A stretch of DNA of 64,000 nt from Nitrospirota bacterium (GCA_016208965.1 JACQXB010000022.1:4506-68505), one strand, 5' to 3'. Counted from the stretch's first letter, positions 1 through 10,474 are shown. Notes: generated by a model not told the origin, from the sequence alone. Numbers and translations are program-made.

Positions 1-1381
1 TCTCCTTAAATCTATCAAGTTCTTTCCTGAGTATCTTTTGGGGCAATCTTCCTCTCGGTATACAGAGTTCAAGCTTACCCCCTAATTTTTCTTCTGCCTC
101 ATAGAGGTCAACACTATATCCCTTCAGGGTAAGATACCATGCAGATGAAAGCCCTGCAGGGCCCCCACCGACAACAGCTACGGTCTTCCCTGTTTTTGCC
201 TCGGGTTTCGGTGTCTTTGCCTTGAGACTCGCCCTTGATAGTTCTTTAATATTCAATGCTCTGTCAAGCTGTGCCCTCATACATGCCTGCATGCAGAAAT
301 TGGGACATATCTCTCCGCATACAGTCGCTGGAAGCGGGGTATATTGAAAGATAAACTCAATCGCTTCAACTAACTTATCTTCCCTGATAAGCTGTGCCCT
401 TCTCTGAGTTGGAATACCTGTTGGGCAGTTATACTCACAGGGTGGTGTATACTTATAGTTATTCCAGTTCGGCTTATATCTCCTGTCTGTGCCGGTGGTG
501 ATATATGGGAGCACAGTTACAGGATGTGTGATATACTCAGCAAAAATCCCACCCTTACCAACAGTAGCCTCCCATACCTTTGAGCGAAACTCAGAGACAG
601 ACATTTTTAATGGCTTTATTTTTGCCCTTTCCTGTGCGGTGTAAGGAATGAGTTTTTTCCAACTATCTCTTGACTTTGTAAGCTCATCGTAATATTTCAC
701 TCTGTCAATGGCATCAAGGAATGGCTTCATATTTGTGGTAAGCCACTGCCAGTCCTGTTCATTAAGATTAAATAATTTTACATCTGTCTCGCTGTATCCT
801 TCTATTGGTCCACGGAAATATATCACACCACTTACCATACCAACACAAGGGCGATATCCGAGAACATTTTTGGGGTTTCTCGGATTTACTCCACAAACAA
901 CAGCAATACCTCCTGCCTTAAACTCTGCAAATGTGTCACCAACATCTCTGAAATACCATGACTGCGGTGGGTCAAATTTTGGGTTGTGTTTCGTCATTGT
1001 ATCGCAGCGAGCACCGCCGCTGCCTTGAACATAGAGAATCCCCTGTGCAGCAGCATTATGTGCACCATTTGTAACATCACCAAGAACGGTGATGTTTGCC
1101 CCGCAGTTTATCCAGCCTGCATCATCAGAGGCACTGCCTTTAACAACTATCTCTGTACCGAACATACCCATACTGCCAAGCCTTTGACCAACGGGTCCCT
1201 CAACAGTAATCTTTACAGCCTCTCCCCTTGGCCAAATGCGACCACCGATGCCATGCTGACCATCGGCAACGATGTGGAGTTCTCTTGCTCCTTGTCTAAC
1301 CGCCTCCTGAATCTCCTCCTCAAAAATCCGGGAAGGGGTGCGGTTGCCGTTAATGTTTCCTTTAAGTGTTACTTTCTTCAT
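1..1381 (-). CDS. glutamate synthase subunit fusion: N-terminal GXGXG (GltB domain-3-like) plus C-terminal Fe-S/FAD-NAD(P)H oxidoreductase (GltD-like); 3' end runs off the window
   Basis: Not in the ORF track because the stop lies outside the window. My minus-strand translation from ATG at 1381 is open to position 1: MKKVTLKGNINGN...HIVADGQHGIGGRIW...VKGSASDDAGW...VLGDVTNGAHNAAAQG...CPTGIPTQ...CGEICPNFC...KTVAVVGGGPAGLSSAWYL. Confidence 0.8.
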   Translation of the reverse strand, partial: MKKVTLKGNINGNRTPSRIFEEEIQEAVRQGARELHIVADGQHGIGGRIWPRGEAVKITVEGPVGQRLGSMGMFGTEIVVKGSASDDAGWINCGANITVLGDVTNGAHNAAAQGILYVQGSGGARCDTMTKHNPKFDPPQSWYFRDVGDTFAEFKAGGIAVVCGVNPRNPKNVLGYRPCVGMVSGVIYFRGPIEGYSETDVKLFNLNEQDWQWLTTNMKPFLDAIDRVKYYDELTKSRDSWKKLIPYTAQERAKIKPLKMSVSEFRSKVWEATVGKGGIFAEYITHPVTVLPYITTGTDRRYKPNWNNYKYTPPCEYNCPTGIPTQRRAQLIREDKLVEAIEFIFQYTPLPATVCGEICPNFCMQACMRAQLDRALNIKELSRASLKAKTPKPEAKTGKTVAVVGGGPAGLSSAWYLTLKGYSVDLYEAEEKLGGKLELCIPRGRLPQKILRKELDRFKE

Positions 1382-1426
1382 GTTTAAAAACAGTTAATAT
1401 TTTTTATAGTCAAAACATAGTTTCAT

Positions 1427-1534
1427 AAAATCTCCTCTAACCCCTCTTTGCCAAAGAGGGGAATAATATCTCCCCCTTTGGTATGAACCGCTCTGGTTCA
1501 TACCTTTGTAAAAGGGGGACGAAGGGGGATTTTT
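1427..1534. repeat. G/C-tract palindromic element (AAAATCyCC ... CCCCTCTTTGCCAAAGAGGGG ... GGGGGATTTT family), intergenic copy
   Basis: Nested hairpins: cccctctttgccaaagagggg, and ccccctttggtatgaacc/ggttcatacctttgtaaaaggggg. Ends are aaaatctcc / ggggatttt. Related copies at 14499, 27928 and 53000. Coordinates approximate. Confidence 0.6.
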
Positions 1535-1539
1535 CTAAT

Positions 1540-3201
1540 CTAACATACATAACTTATCTGCAGTCTCTCAGCAATTGCAGAGTCATCTGAACTTATACCG
1601 TCAGACATACCAATAGGTAACTCTGTGCTTCTGCCCATAGGCGCAAATATTTTCTTCAACTCAATATCTAAGGATTTAAATACCTCTACCACCCTTTCAG
1701 CGACCTTGTCAGGGTCAAGCCTTCTGTAGAGTTTTGGGTCCTGAGTGGTAATCCCTCTCGGGCATTTTCCTATGTTGCATATATTACATCGATTAAGTTC
1801 ATCTCCAAAACAATCTGCTGCTGACTGCATTATGTACTTACCTATAGAAACAGCAGAAGCACCGAGCATAATGAGTGCTGCTGTATTTGCAGCAAGATTG
1901 CCTTTCTTCCCAACACCACCGGCTGCAATCAGAGGCAATTCATTCTGTTTACCCTGTCTTACAAGGTCAAGATAGCACTCCCTTATATTTGATGCTATCG
2001 GGTGTCCCATGCTATCCATTGACACATTGTATGCTGCGCCTGTTCCACCATCCTCTCCATCGATAGACAGTGCTCCTGCATAATGGTTTCTCACAAGGTT
2101 ATTAAGCACTGCCCTTGCTGTTCTTGTCCCAGATATTTTGGGATATACAGGCACCCTGAACCCCCATGCCATAGACATAGACTGTATCATCTTTGCTACT
2201 GACTCCTCTATAGAGTACTTCGTCTGATGTGTTGGAGGGGATGGGAGGTCTACACCCATTGGAACACCTCGTATCTCAGAGATTAATCTCAAAACCTTGT
2301 GTGCCATAAGGAGTCCGCCGTCACCAGGTTTTGCCCCTTGTCCGTATTTAATCTCTATTGCACACGGGTCTTCAACCATATGAGGGAGTGTTCGCACAAT
2401 CTCATCCCATCCAAAATAACCTGATGCAATCTGAGGGATAAAGTATTTAATAAAGCGAGACCTTAAAAGCCTCTGCGGCATTCCTCCTTCACCAGAGCAC
2501 ATGACAACAGGCATATCTTCAACTTCATTAAGGTAAGTAATGCCCATTGCAAGCCCCTCCCACATAGTAGGAGATAATGCGCCAATAGACATACTGCCAA
2601 TCATTACAGGATAAATCTCGCGAACAGGTGGTATAAACTTGCCTAAGGTCTTATCAACTTCAAGCCTGCCATTGACCATCTTTAAAGGTAACTCATCTGC
2701 AGAGAGTATCCTGCCAAGATATGTCCTGATACGGAACTCATGCCTTCCAGCATCAAGTGCAGGGTCAGTTAGCATGGAAATCCTTGTGAACCTCAGTCTG
2801 TCAAGAGTTGATGGTTTTGGATCATTTCTTCTCCCACCCCTCCTGTATGGATAACCACCTTTGTTTTTATGGAAGAGGAATTTATGTTGAGGATTATACT
2901 CGGGCTCTATTGCCTCATTAGGACATACAAGGGTACATGCCCCACATCCTGTACAGCAGCGATTAATATCGGTTGACTGTTTGATAATACTAACTACAAG
3001 ACGAACTGTCTTTGGTTCAGGTGTAGGCGATTCAGATTGAACTACCCGCTGTAGGATAACAGAAGGCTCTATTGCAAGCATAGGACAAACAGCAGTACAT
3101 TTACCACAGCGATTGCATCTATTGCCGCGCCATCTGATTATATATGGAAAATCTTTTAAGGCTAATTCGTGGTTATGGTCCAACCTTGCAGCTGGTTCCA
3201 T
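1540..3201 (-). CDS. glutamate synthase FMN-binding domain protein (GltB domain-2-like) with N-terminal 2x[4Fe-4S] ferredoxin motifs
   Basis: CNRCGKCTAVCP and CTGCGACTLVCP motifs, then a GltS FMN-domain pattern (GSMSIGALS, EGGMP, KYGQGAKPGDGG, SIDGEDGGTGA). Confidence 0.85.
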   Translation of the reverse strand: MEPAARLDHNHELALKDFPYIIRWRGNRCNRCGKCTAVCPMLAIEPSVILQRVVQSESPTPEPKTVRLVVSIIKQSTDINRCCTGCGACTLVCPNEAIEPEYNPQHKFLFHKNKGGYPYRRGGRRNDPKPSTLDRLRFTRISMLTDPALDAGRHEFRIRTYLGRILSADELPLKMVNGRLEVDKTLGKFIPPVREIYPVMIGSMSIGALSPTMWEGLAMGITYLNEVEDMPVVMCSGEGGMPQRLLRSRFIKYFIPQIASGYFGWDEIVRTLPHMVEDPCAIEIKYGQGAKPGDGGLLMAHKVLRLISEIRGVPMGVDLPSPPTHQTKYSIEESVAKMIQSMSMAWGFRVPVYPKISGTRTARAVLNNLVRNHYAGALSIDGEDGGTGAAYNVSMDSMGHPIASNIRECYLDLVRQGKQNELPLIAAGGVGKKGNLAANTAALIMLGASAVSIGKYIMQSAADCFGDELNRCNICNIGKCPRGITTQDPKLYRRLDPDKVAERVVEVFKSLDIELKKIFAPMGRSTELPIGMSDGISSDDSAIAERLQISYVC

Positions 3202-4289
3202 ACCTTCACCTCCTTAGCATCAGGCTCAACAATAACCATATCATATTTCATAGGGAATATATCTTGTGACTTGTCTCTCTGTGTTATTACACTGTCAAGA
3301 CCACATTCCTCAGAGACAAGCCCATACTTACCTTTAATTCCACCAACAACACCGGGTCTTAACTTTTTTGCATCCTGCACCATAAAGCATGTGCCATCAG
3401 GGGTAAAGCCAATAACACAGTTAGGCCCATCTATGCAGAGCGGCCTTAAAGATATTTTCAAGAGTCGTACAGCCTCGCTGTCAGGTCTTGTTTGAACCTC
3501 TGATTCCTTAAGTGGAGTAATAATATCCTTATAGTAAATTAAAGGATGCCTGAGTTGTTTACATATATAGTGGAGGATATGCGTGAACACCTCGCTATCG
3601 CTATTATAGCCAATATATCCGGCAAAACCCCTCCCCATAAGAAACTCCCTTATGGGGACAAATGCAGTGTTCTCGCCATTCGTCATTGAACCATAGCCCT
3701 GAATAAAGAAAGGATGGCAGGCATAGAGATTTATGGCATAATTAGTGTTTTGCCTACCCTGTGCAAAGATTATCTTTGCCTTGAGTGGAGATTTATCAAG
3801 ATTAAAGAATTCACCCAATTGAAGAGGATCTCCAACCTCCTTTAGAGTCAGAATATCAGGATAAAAAGAAAATACAATGATTGACTCATCATCCTCCCCA
3901 ATTTTCCTTAGGGTTACCCGTGTCCTTAGCAAAATGTCTTCTTTATCATCAAAAGACTTGTTCCTGTATTCATCAGGATAGTCATACACCCTTGCAAAAT
4001 AGTAATCACGTCTTGAGACTTCCTTAACCGGTTTAATCTTAGGGGTCCATGTATATTTAAGCTTAAAACCGAGCTTATTCATGTAATCATCAAGGATATG
4101 AATGCCCTCTTTTGAACATATACCTGAGAGTATCGGGCAGGTTTTTAACTCTTCAAATTCTCCGCCAAGATTTTTCAATACAAGCCCCATACCTGAACCA
4201 TCATGCCCTTCTTTCATTGTCTCAAGGGCAAGGATATTTTCCATGGGGGAAAAATACTCATTTGATGTTATAGCAATAAGTCTACACAT
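3162..4289 (-). CDS. class-II (Ntn) glutamine amidotransferase, GltB domain-1-like
   Basis: Starts MC(R) (Cys after the initiator Met). Sits first in an operon with the FMN and GXGXG/GltD-like genes, i.e. a split archaeal-type GOGAT arrangement. Confidence 0.75.
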   Translation of the reverse strand: MCRLIAITSNEYFSPMENILALETMKEGHDGSGMGLVLKNLGGEFEELKTCPILSGICSKEGIHILDDYMNKLGFKLKYTWTPKIKPVKEVSRRDYYFARVYDYPDEYRNKSFDDKEDILLRTRVTLRKIGEDDESIIVFSFYPDILTLKEVGDPLQLGEFFNLDKSPLKAKIIFAQGRQNTNYAINLYACHPFFIQGYGSMTNGENTAFVPIREFLMGRGFAGYIGYNSDSEVFTHILHYICKQLRHPLIYYKDIITPLKESEVQTRPDSEAVRLLKISLRPLCIDGPNCVIGFTPDGTCFMVQDAKKLRPGVVGGIKGKYGLVSEECGLDSVITQRDKSQDIFPMKYDMVIVEPDAKEVKVWNQLQGWTITTN

Positions 4290-4320
4290 TCTATTTACCT
4301 TAAAATATTAACACTTAAAT

Positions 4321-4396
4321 TGGAGCGGGCGACGGGACTCGAACCCGCGACATTCAGCTTGGGAAGCTGACACTCTACCAACTGAGCTACACCCGC
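4321..4396 (-). tRNA. tRNA-Gly (anticodon CCC), CCA encoded
   Basis: Reverse complement reads GCGGGTGTAGCTCAGTTGGTAGAGTGTCAGCTTCCCAAGCTGAATGTCGCGGGTTCGAGTCCCGTCGCCCGCTCCA. It has a cloverleaf, a TTCCCAA anticodon loop and a GGTTCGAGTCC T-arm. Confidence 0.9.
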
Positions 4397-4404
4397 AGTA
4401 ACGA

Positions 4405-4466
4405 CAGTGAACAGTTGTTGGTGAATAGTGTTTTACTGTTCACTAAATACTTTTCACTATTCACTG
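4405..4466. repeat. CAGTGAA/TTCACTG word-repeat inverted block
   Basis: cagtgaacag...ggtgaatagtg...ctgttcactaaa...cactattcactg. The same word family occurs at 30729 (inside aspS) and 56045. Confidence 0.6.
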
Positions 4467-4529
4467 CTTCTAATTGTAGTATTGTTCACAATATTATTTC
4501 AAGCACTGTGTTTCTGTTATAATAATTCC

Positions 4530-7238
4530 ATGTTCGGTATTCTGACAAAGATAATAGGCACAAAAAACGAGCGGGAGATTAAAAGACTCTGGTCTCCAGT
4601 GGAAGTAATTAATTCCCTTGAGTCATCAATTACAGTACTCAGCGATGAGCAACTTAAAACCAAGACTCAGGAATTCCGTGAGAGACTTGGGTCAGGAGAG
4701 GGTATTGAAGATATTCTGCCTGAGGCATTTGCAGTCATAAGAGAGGCCTCACGCAGGACACTCAATATGAGGCATTTTGATGCCCAGCTTATAGGAGGTA
4801 TTGTGCTTCACGAAGGCACGATAGCCGAAATGAAGACAGGAGAAGGGAAGACCCTTGTTGCAACACTTCCTGTTTATCTTAATGCACTAAATGGAAACGG
4901 CGTGCATGTAATAACTGTTAATGACTATCTTGCAAAAAGAGATGTGCAGTGGATGGGACCTATCTATCATTTCCTCGGGCTTTCAGTTGGTATTATCCAG
5001 CATGATGCATCTTTTATTTATGACCCATCATATCATTCAGGGGATTATAGATTTCATGCATTAAGGCCTGTAACAAGAAAAGAGGCATATCAGGCAGACC
5101 TTACTTATGGAACCAATAATGAGTTTGGCTTTGACTACCTGAGAGACAATATGAGATATGATATAAACGATTATGTCCAGAGGGAGCTAAACTATGCAAT
5201 TGTTGACGAGGTTGACAGTATATTAATTGACGAGGCAAGGACACCACTTATAATCTCAGGGCCCTCAGAAGAATCTACGGATAAATATTACAAGATAGAT
5301 AAGCTCATTCCAAGGCTCCACAAAGAAACCGATTATACAATTGATGAAAAACTAAGAACCGCTGTCCTAACTGATGAAGGCAATACAAAGGTTGAAAAGC
5401 TGATTGGTGCAGGAAATCTCTATGACCCATCCAATATTGAACTACTACATCATGTAAATCAGGCATTAAGGGCACATACCCTTTTTAAACTTGATGTGGA
5501 TTATATTGTAAAGGACAACGAGGTCATTATAGTTGATGAATTTACAGGACGACTTATGCCTGGCAGACGCTGGTCTGATGGGCTTCATCAGGCAATTGAG
5601 GCAAAAGAGAATGTAAAAATTGCCAGTGAAAACCAGACCCTCGCTACCATCACATTCCAGAATTACTTCAGGATGTATAAAAAACTCGCGGGTATGACAG
5701 GAACTGCTGAAACAGAGGCAGAGGAATTTGCAAAAATATATAACCTTGACGTAGTGGTGATTCCAACAAATGAGCCGATGATAAGGATTGATTATCCTGA
5801 TGTTGTATACAAAAATGAACGGGCTAAGTTTAATGCAGTTGTAAATGAGATAGAAGATTGTCACAAAAGAGGACAGCCTGCACTGGTAGGCACTATATCA
5901 ATAGAGACATCAGAACAGCTGAGTGCAATGCTTAAGAAGAAAGGGATACCCCATTCGGTTTTAAATGCAAAGTATCATGAGAAAGAGGCTGAAATTGTTG
6001 CACAGGCAGGAAGAAGCCATTCTGTGACAATAGCTACAAACATGGCTGGCAGAGGAACGGATATTGTCCTTGGAGGCAATCCTGAAGGGCTTGCAAAGGA
6101 TATGCTAATGGACAAAAAGGAATATACAAAAGAGGAATATGAATCTGCATTGAGTAAAGCAAAAGAATTATGTGCCAAAGATAAAGAAAAGGCTATATCC
6201 CTCGGTGGACTTCATATACTTGGCACCGAGAGGCATGAAGCACGAAGAATAGACAATCAGTTGAGGGGACGTTCAGGCAGACAGGGGGACACCGGGACAT
6301 CAAGATTTTATCTTTCACTTGAAGATGACCTCATGAGAATATTTGGATCTGACAGGATTGCAGGACTTATGGGAAGACTCGGCATGGATGAATCACAGCC
6401 CATTGAACACAGGTTGGTTACAAAGGCTATAGAAAATGCCCAGAAGAGGGTTGAGGCTCATAATTTTGATATAAGAAAACACCTTATTGAATACGATGAT
6501 GTTATGAATAAGCAGAGGACAGAGATTTACTCATTCAGGCGGGATATACTTAGCAGTAAAGGGCTCAGAGATAAAATCCTTGAGATGACGGATGATGTAC
6601 TTGAGGAGATTTTATATGCCCATTGCCCTGAAGATAAGCATCCTGAGGAGTGGGATAACAAAGGACTTAAAAATGCAGTTTATAATCAATTCACTATAAT
6701 ACCTGATGTAGTGGATAAGGCACTCCAAGAAGCAAAAAGCATTGAAGAAATTCATGGGAAGCTCTCTCAGGAAATAAGGCAGCTATATGAGAACAAAGTA
6801 AAAGAAATAGGCGAAGATGTATTCAGTTATTTGGAGAAAGTAATAACCCTTCAAATTGTTGACTCTCAGTGGAAAGACCATCTCTTAGCAATAGACCACC
6901 TGAAAGAAGGCATAGGGCTTAGGGGTTATGCACAGAGGGACCCGCTTGTTGAATACAAAAAAGAGGCATTTAATATGTTCTCTGAGATGGGTAGTAGAAT
7001 TGCCTCAGAAATAACAGGCAGGCTGTTTAGGGTTCAGGTTGCAAGAGAGGAAGATGTACAAAAAAAGGTGGCATTTAAACCAGCAAGGATGCAGTATGGC
7101 AGAGGCGAAGATGTTCATAAAGGAGGCGGCGACAAACCCCAGCCTGTTGTCAGGGGTACACATATAGGCAGAAACGACCCATGTATCTGCGGAAGTGGGA
7201 AGAAATACAAAAAATGCTGCGGGACTGGGGTGAAGTAG
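4530..7238 (+). CDS. secA: preprotein translocase ATPase SecA
   Basis: [20 protein letters not shown]..., Walker [29 protein letters not shown]-terminal zinc motif [15 protein letters not shown] use the internal ATG at 4530; the track's 4428 start adds a non-SecA hydrophobic extension over a repeat. Confidence 0.97.
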   Translation: MFGILTKIIGTKNEREIKRLWSPVEVINSLESSITVLSDEQLKTKTQEFRERLGSGEGIEDILPEAFAVIREASRRTLNMRHFDAQLIGGIVLHEGTIAEMKTGEGKTLVATLPVYLNALNGNGVHVITVNDYLAKRDVQWMGPIYHFLGLSVGIIQHDASFIYDPSYHSGDYRFHALRPVTRKEAYQADLTYGTNNEFGFDYLRDNMRYDINDYVQRELNYAIVDEVDSILIDEARTPLIISGPSEESTDKYYKIDKLIPRLHKETDYTIDEKLRTAVLTDEGNTKVEKLIGAGNLYDPSNIELLHHVNQALRAHTLFKLDVDYIVKDNEVIIVDEFTGRLMPGRRWSDGLHQAIEAKENVKIASENQTLATITFQNYFRMYKKLAGMTGTAETEAEEFAKIYNLDVVVIPTNEPMIRIDYPDVVYKNERAKFNAVVNEIEDCHKRGQPALVGTISIETSEQLSAMLKKKGIPHSVLNAKYHEKEAEIVAQAGRSHSVTIATNMAGRGTDIVLGGNPEGLAKDMLMDKKEYTKEEYESALSKAKELCAKDKEKAISLGGLHILGTERHEARRIDNQLRGRSGRQGDTGTSRFYLSLEDDLMRIFGSDRIAGLMGRLGMDESQPIEHRLVTKAIENAQKRVEAHNFDIRKHLIEYDDVMNKQRTEIYSFRRDILSSKGLRDKILEMTDDVLEEILYAHCPEDKHPEEWDNKGLKNAVYNQFTIIPDVVDKALQEAKSIEEIHGKLSQEIRQLYENKVKEIGEDVFSYLEKVITLQIVDSQWKDHLLAIDHLKEGIGLRGYAQRDPLVEYKKEAFNMFSEMGSRIASEITGRLFRVQVAREEDVQKKVAFKPARMQYGRGEDVHKGGGDKPQPVVRGTHIGRNDPCICGSGKKYKKCCGTGVK

Positions 7239-7300
7239 CTAAAGTTTGCCAAGGTTAAATTTCTGGGGGAGAGAGAGAGGGTTAGGTTGTGAGGAAATTA

Positions 7301-7340
7301 TTGACAAAAAGTGAGTATGTCATATATCATACATATGACA
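7301..7340 (+). promoter_or_regulatory. putative sigma70-type promoter plus inverted-repeat operator of the RHH/PIN operon
   Basis: TTGACA at 7301-7306 and an AT-rich -10 region about 17 nt downstream. Perfect 8-bp inverted repeat tgtcatat(7318-7325)/atatgaca(7333-7340) just upstream of RBS gggggt and ATG 7351. Confidence 0.45.
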
Positions 7341-7350
7341 GGGGGTATTT

Positions 7351-7581
7351 ATGAAAAGGACTACTATATTTGCGGATGCTAATTTGATAAATGAAATCAA
7401 AGAGGTCTCAAAAGAAGAAAATAGGAGCGTGGCTGAGATTATAAGAGAGGCAATGCTGAGTTACATTAAACAAAAGAGACATAAAGGAAAAAGTGTGTCT
7501 TTTATTGGTATTGGAGACAGCGGCAGAAAAGACATATCAGAACGGCATGAGGAATTGCTTTGGAAAAAAGCTACAAAATAG
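7351..7581 (+). CDS. ribbon-helix-helix (CopG/VapB-like) antitoxin
   Basis: N-terminal RHH pattern (TTIFADANLINEIKEVSKEENRSVAEIIREAM). Overlaps the downstream PIN gene. Confidence 0.7.
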   Translation: MKRTTIFADANLINEIKEVSKEENRSVAEIIREAMLSYIKQKRHKGKSVSFIGIGDSGRKDISERHEELLWKKATK

Positions 7582-7994
7582 ATACTGCTGTTTGCGATAC
7601 AGGCATTATCTATGCACTTGCAGATAAAAAAGATTCGTGGCATAAACAAACTGCTGATTTTGTGTGCACTTTTAAGGGCAGGTTAATTGTTCCTTCTACA
7701 GTAATACCAGAAGTCTGTTATCTCTTAAACACATATTTAGGCTCATTTACTGAAATAGGATTTATTAACTCATTAATCAACAAGGAACTCAGCATTGAAC
7801 ATCTCAATGCTGCTGATTTAAGCCGCTGCATTGAGCTATTAAAGAAATACGAAGATTTTAATATTGGATTTGTGGATGCATCTATAATAGCAATTTCTGA
7901 GAGGCTGAATGTCTGTAAGATACTGACAACTGACAGAAAACACTTTTCTGCGATAAAGCCCAAGCATTGCGATGCCTTTAGTTTGTTGCCGTGA
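7560..7994 (+). CDS. PIN-domain toxin (VapC-like), TTG start
   Basis: Acidic PIN residues in context: VCDTGIIYALAD..., FVDASIIAISE, ILTTDRKHF. Overlaps the antitoxin by 22 nt. Confidence 0.75.
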   Translation: MEKSYKIDTAVCDTGIIYALADKKDSWHKQTADFVCTFKGRLIVPSTVIPEVCYLLNTYLGSFTEIGFINSLINKELSIEHLNAADLSRCIELLKKYEDFNIGFVDASIIAISERLNVCKILTTDRKHFSAIKPKHCDAFSLLP

Positions 7995-8083
7995 TTGAAA
8001 CGTATTTAAAACTACCAAAGCCAAGTTTTTCGTGGGGAAAAGGGAGAGGTTTAGGCTGTGAAAAAGCCTTTAAATAATAAGTA

Positions 8084-8112
8084 TTGACAAGTGTTGAATA
8101 ATGTTGTAGGCT
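8084..8112 (+). promoter_or_regulatory. putative promoter of the methyltransferase gene
   Basis: TTGACA (8084-8089), 17-nt spacer, TAGGCT (8107-8112). The upstream about 50 nt resemble the region upstream of the 7301 promoter. Confidence 0.4.
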
Positions 8113-8140
8113 CTCCTAAAATTTAAATAATAGGTGTCCT

Positions 8141-9238
8141 ATGGAAAGCAAACAAATGTTTAATACAAAAGAAACCGCAAAATATTTAGGTGTAAGTCAA
8201 TCAACTATTTATCGTATGGAAAAACAGGGTTTAATCTCCTCAATAAGAACCCCTGGAGGTCAAAGACGTTTTAAGAAAGAATCCATTGAAAAATATTCAA
8301 GAAAAAGCCGCACCTTTGAAGCCCCCCAAAATCCAAGTAAATATAAAACAGCTTACTTTGTCAGAGAGCCTGAGATTGCTTATGACATTAAAAAAGGAAT
8401 AATTTCACCTGAGTCCTCTGTTTATAAAGTAGATACTAGTACTAACCTTTATTTTCAGAGAGAGAATATATGGATTTACAATGATGATATTCTAAAAACT
8501 ACATGCATAGGGCAAGGTTCTATAGATTTAATTGTAATGTCACCACCATATAATGTAGATATCAAATATAATTCCCATGACGATACAATGTCTCATGATG
8601 ACTACCTATCTTTTACAAAAAAATGGCTTGGAAGATGTTATGGTTTTCTGAAAGACGATGGACGGTTTTGCCTTAACATACCCCTCGATAAAAATAAAGG
8701 TGGTCAGCAAAGTGTTTGTGCTGATATAACTACAATAGCAAAACAAATAGGATTTAAATATCATTCCACAATTGTCTGGAATGAGCAGAATATTTCTCGC
8801 CGAACTGCATGGGGCTCATGGCTTTCTGCTGCTGCTCCTTATGTAATAGCCCCTGTCGAAGTTATAGTTGTGCTTTATAAGAACAGATGGAAAAAGACAA
8901 GTGGTAGCAGAAAGTCAGATATAACCAAAAAAGAATTTATGGAGTGGACTAACGGCGTTTGGAACTTTAGCGGGGAGAGCAAAAAGAGGGTTGGACATCC
9001 CGCCCCCTTCCCTATTGAATTGCCAAGAAGATGTATAAAACTTTTTAGCTTTGTAGGTGATACAATCCTTGACCCCTTTCTTGGCAGTGGCTCAACATTG
9101 CTCGCTTGTTTACAGACTGATCGTGTTGGTATTGGAATTGATATTGATAAAAAATACTGCGACTTAGCAAAGACACGGCTTTTGACAGAAGGGCAGATAA
9201 ACCAACTCAAATTCAATGTTGCATCAGGGGGGAGATAA
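8141..9238 (+). CDS. DNA methyltransferase, beta-class (motif IV SPPY before motif I), probably N4-cytosine or N6-adenine, with N-terminal excisionase/MerR-type HTH
   Basis: HTH: TKETAKYLGVSQSTIYRMEKQGLI. Catalytic motif IVMSPPYNV. AdoMet motif GDTILDPFLGSGSTL near the C-terminus. Confidence 0.85.
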   Translation: MESKQMFNTKETAKYLGVSQSTIYRMEKQGLISSIRTPGGQRRFKKESIEKYSRKSRTFEAPQNPSKYKTAYFVREPEIAYDIKKGIISPESSVYKVDTSTNLYFQRENIWIYNDDILKTTCIGQGSIDLIVMSPPYNVDIKYNSHDDTMSHDDYLSFTKKWLGRCYGFLKDDGRFCLNIPLDKNKGGQQSVCADITTIAKQIGFKYHSTIVWNEQNISRRTAWGSWLSAAAPYVIAPVEVIVVLYKNRWKKTSGSRKSDITKKEFMEWTNGVWNFSGESKKRVGHPAPFPIELPRRCIKLFSFVGDTILDPFLGSGSTLLACLQTDRVGIGIDIDKKYCDLAKTRLLTEGQINQLKFNVASGGR

Positions 9239-9519
9239 TGGCAAAAAGTATCGGAGATTTAATTATGGAATATTTTAAAAAACATGCAGGAGAGGATTTA
9301 CCACATGGTCCCGTCGTAGATTGGGTAGAGGAACGGTATCTAAAAATATATAACAAAAAGCCGCGTGATACATGGCGTCAAATAAGGAAATTTCATCAAG
9401 AAGGCATACTTGTTAAGATTAAGAAGGGAGTTTATCGCTATGACCCAGACCATGTCAGAGAAGTTGATTTGTTTGATTTTCCTCCCGGGGACTTAAAGTG
9501 TTGGACAGACAAGTTGTAA
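9238..9519 (+). CDS. hypothetical protein, possible winged-helix; start overlaps the methyltransferase stop (TAATG)
   Basis: ORF only. The segment WRQIRKFHQEGILVKIKKGVYRYDP resembles wHTH recognition segments. No nuclease motif recognised. Confidence 0.4.
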   Translation: MAKSIGDLIMEYFKKHAGEDLPHGPVVDWVEERYLKIYNKKPRDTWRQIRKFHQEGILVKIKKGVYRYDPDHVREVDLFDFPPGDLKCWTDKL

Positions 9520-9719
9520 AGGAATTTTTAGAAGAAGAATTTGAAGATTCTGGGATTGAGATTCCAAAAGGAATTTTGAAAAAAGCTCTTGTAGAGACAT
9601 TTTGCGAATATATTGAAGATAACTACTACGAATGGTTACAAGACAATTTTAAATCATTTTTTATACACAACGACTGGGATTGGATTAGAGAAAGGATTAA
9701 ACACTATTCAAAGGACTAA
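9498..9719 (+). CDS. hypothetical acidic protein (GTG start); possibly the frameshifted continuation of 9238..9519
   Basis: This reading frame opens at 9477 and overlaps the end of the previous ORF at a cccgggg run. Confidence 0.3.
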   Translation: MLDRQVVKEFLEEEFEDSGIEIPKGILKKALVETFCEYIEDNYYEWLQDNFKSFFIHNDWDWIRERIKHYSKD

Positions 9720-9789
9720 CTTGATTAAACTGATACAATTTTCAAAACATCCAAGCTAATTATGATATAATTAATTTAGACTAATAACT

Positions 9790-10023
9790 ATGGAGGTAAA
9801 AATGGGGGTAACTGCAACCAAATTAAATGATGTGATTGAGAAAGCTGAAGTTCTTACTTTTGAAGAACAGGAGATTTTGCTTGATGTAATAAAACACCGA
9901 TGTATTGAAAAAAGAAGGGAGCAGATAGCAGTAAATGCCAGAAATACACTTAAGGAATATAAAGCTGGTCGTGCTAAAACAGGAACCGTAAAGGAATTAA
10001 AAAAAGATTTAGAGAATGATTAA
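9790..10023 (+). CDS. putative antitoxin partner of the RelE/YafQ-family toxin
   Basis: Small ORF overlapping the toxin start by 8 nt. No fold recognised by eye. Confidence 0.5.
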   Translation: MEVKMGVTATKLNDVIEKAEVLTFEEQEILLDVIKHRCIEKRREQIAVNARNTLKEYKAGRAKTGTVKELKKDLEND

Positions 10024-10285
10024 ACTGGTATGGGGCAGTAGTTTCAAAAGGGCATATAAAAAAGCCGTAAAATCCAATCCTGAACTTGAGAAAAAATTCT
10101 GGAAATTAATTGACTTCTTTGAAAAAAACCCTTTTCATCCAACATTAAAAACGCACAAACTTAGCGGTAAGCTTAAAGGACAATGGGCATTTGTTGTTGA
10201 ATATGATTGTAGAGTAGTTTTTGAATTTATGGGAAAAGACAAAGCTGTACTCGTTGATATTGGAACACACGATGAAGTTTATTAA
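10016..10285 (+). CDS. type II toxin, RelE/StbE/YafQ family mRNA interferase
   Basis: FKRAYKKAVKSNPELEKKF...PFHPTLKTHKLSGKLKGQWAFVVEYDCRVVFEF...VLVDIGTHDEVY, the typical family pattern. Confidence 0.8.
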   Translation: MIKLVWGSSFKRAYKKAVKSNPELEKKFWKLIDFFEKNPFHPTLKTHKLSGKLKGQWAFVVEYDCRVVFEFMGKDKAVLVDIGTHDEVY

Positions 10286-10474
10286 TTGGTGAGCATACCT
10301 GCCTGACGGCAGTCAGGTGTACGGGGCAAATTTTTTTATAGGCTTGTGCCTTTCACAAAATAGCGAAAAGTCCAAGAACTTACCTACCCTTATGCCGAGC
10401 ATTTTAGACAGGGTGTTTAAAGAATGATTGTAAATCGCATATACATGAATCTAAGTGATTTACATGGTACCGTG

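Noticed and set aside
708-1387. Plus-strand ORFs 708..1028 and 986..1387
   Set aside because: They are antisense shadows of a much longer minus-strand frame that is open from 1381 to the window edge. That frame carries clear GXGXG/GltD-like motifs, and the plus-strand products are low-complexity with no motifs.
4428-4529. N-terminal 34-codon extension of SecA from ATG 4428
   Set aside because: The extension ([20 protein letters not shown]...) overlaps the CAGTGAA word-repeat block and has no SecA similarity. The canonical SecA N-terminus [10 protein letters not shown] starts at 4530.
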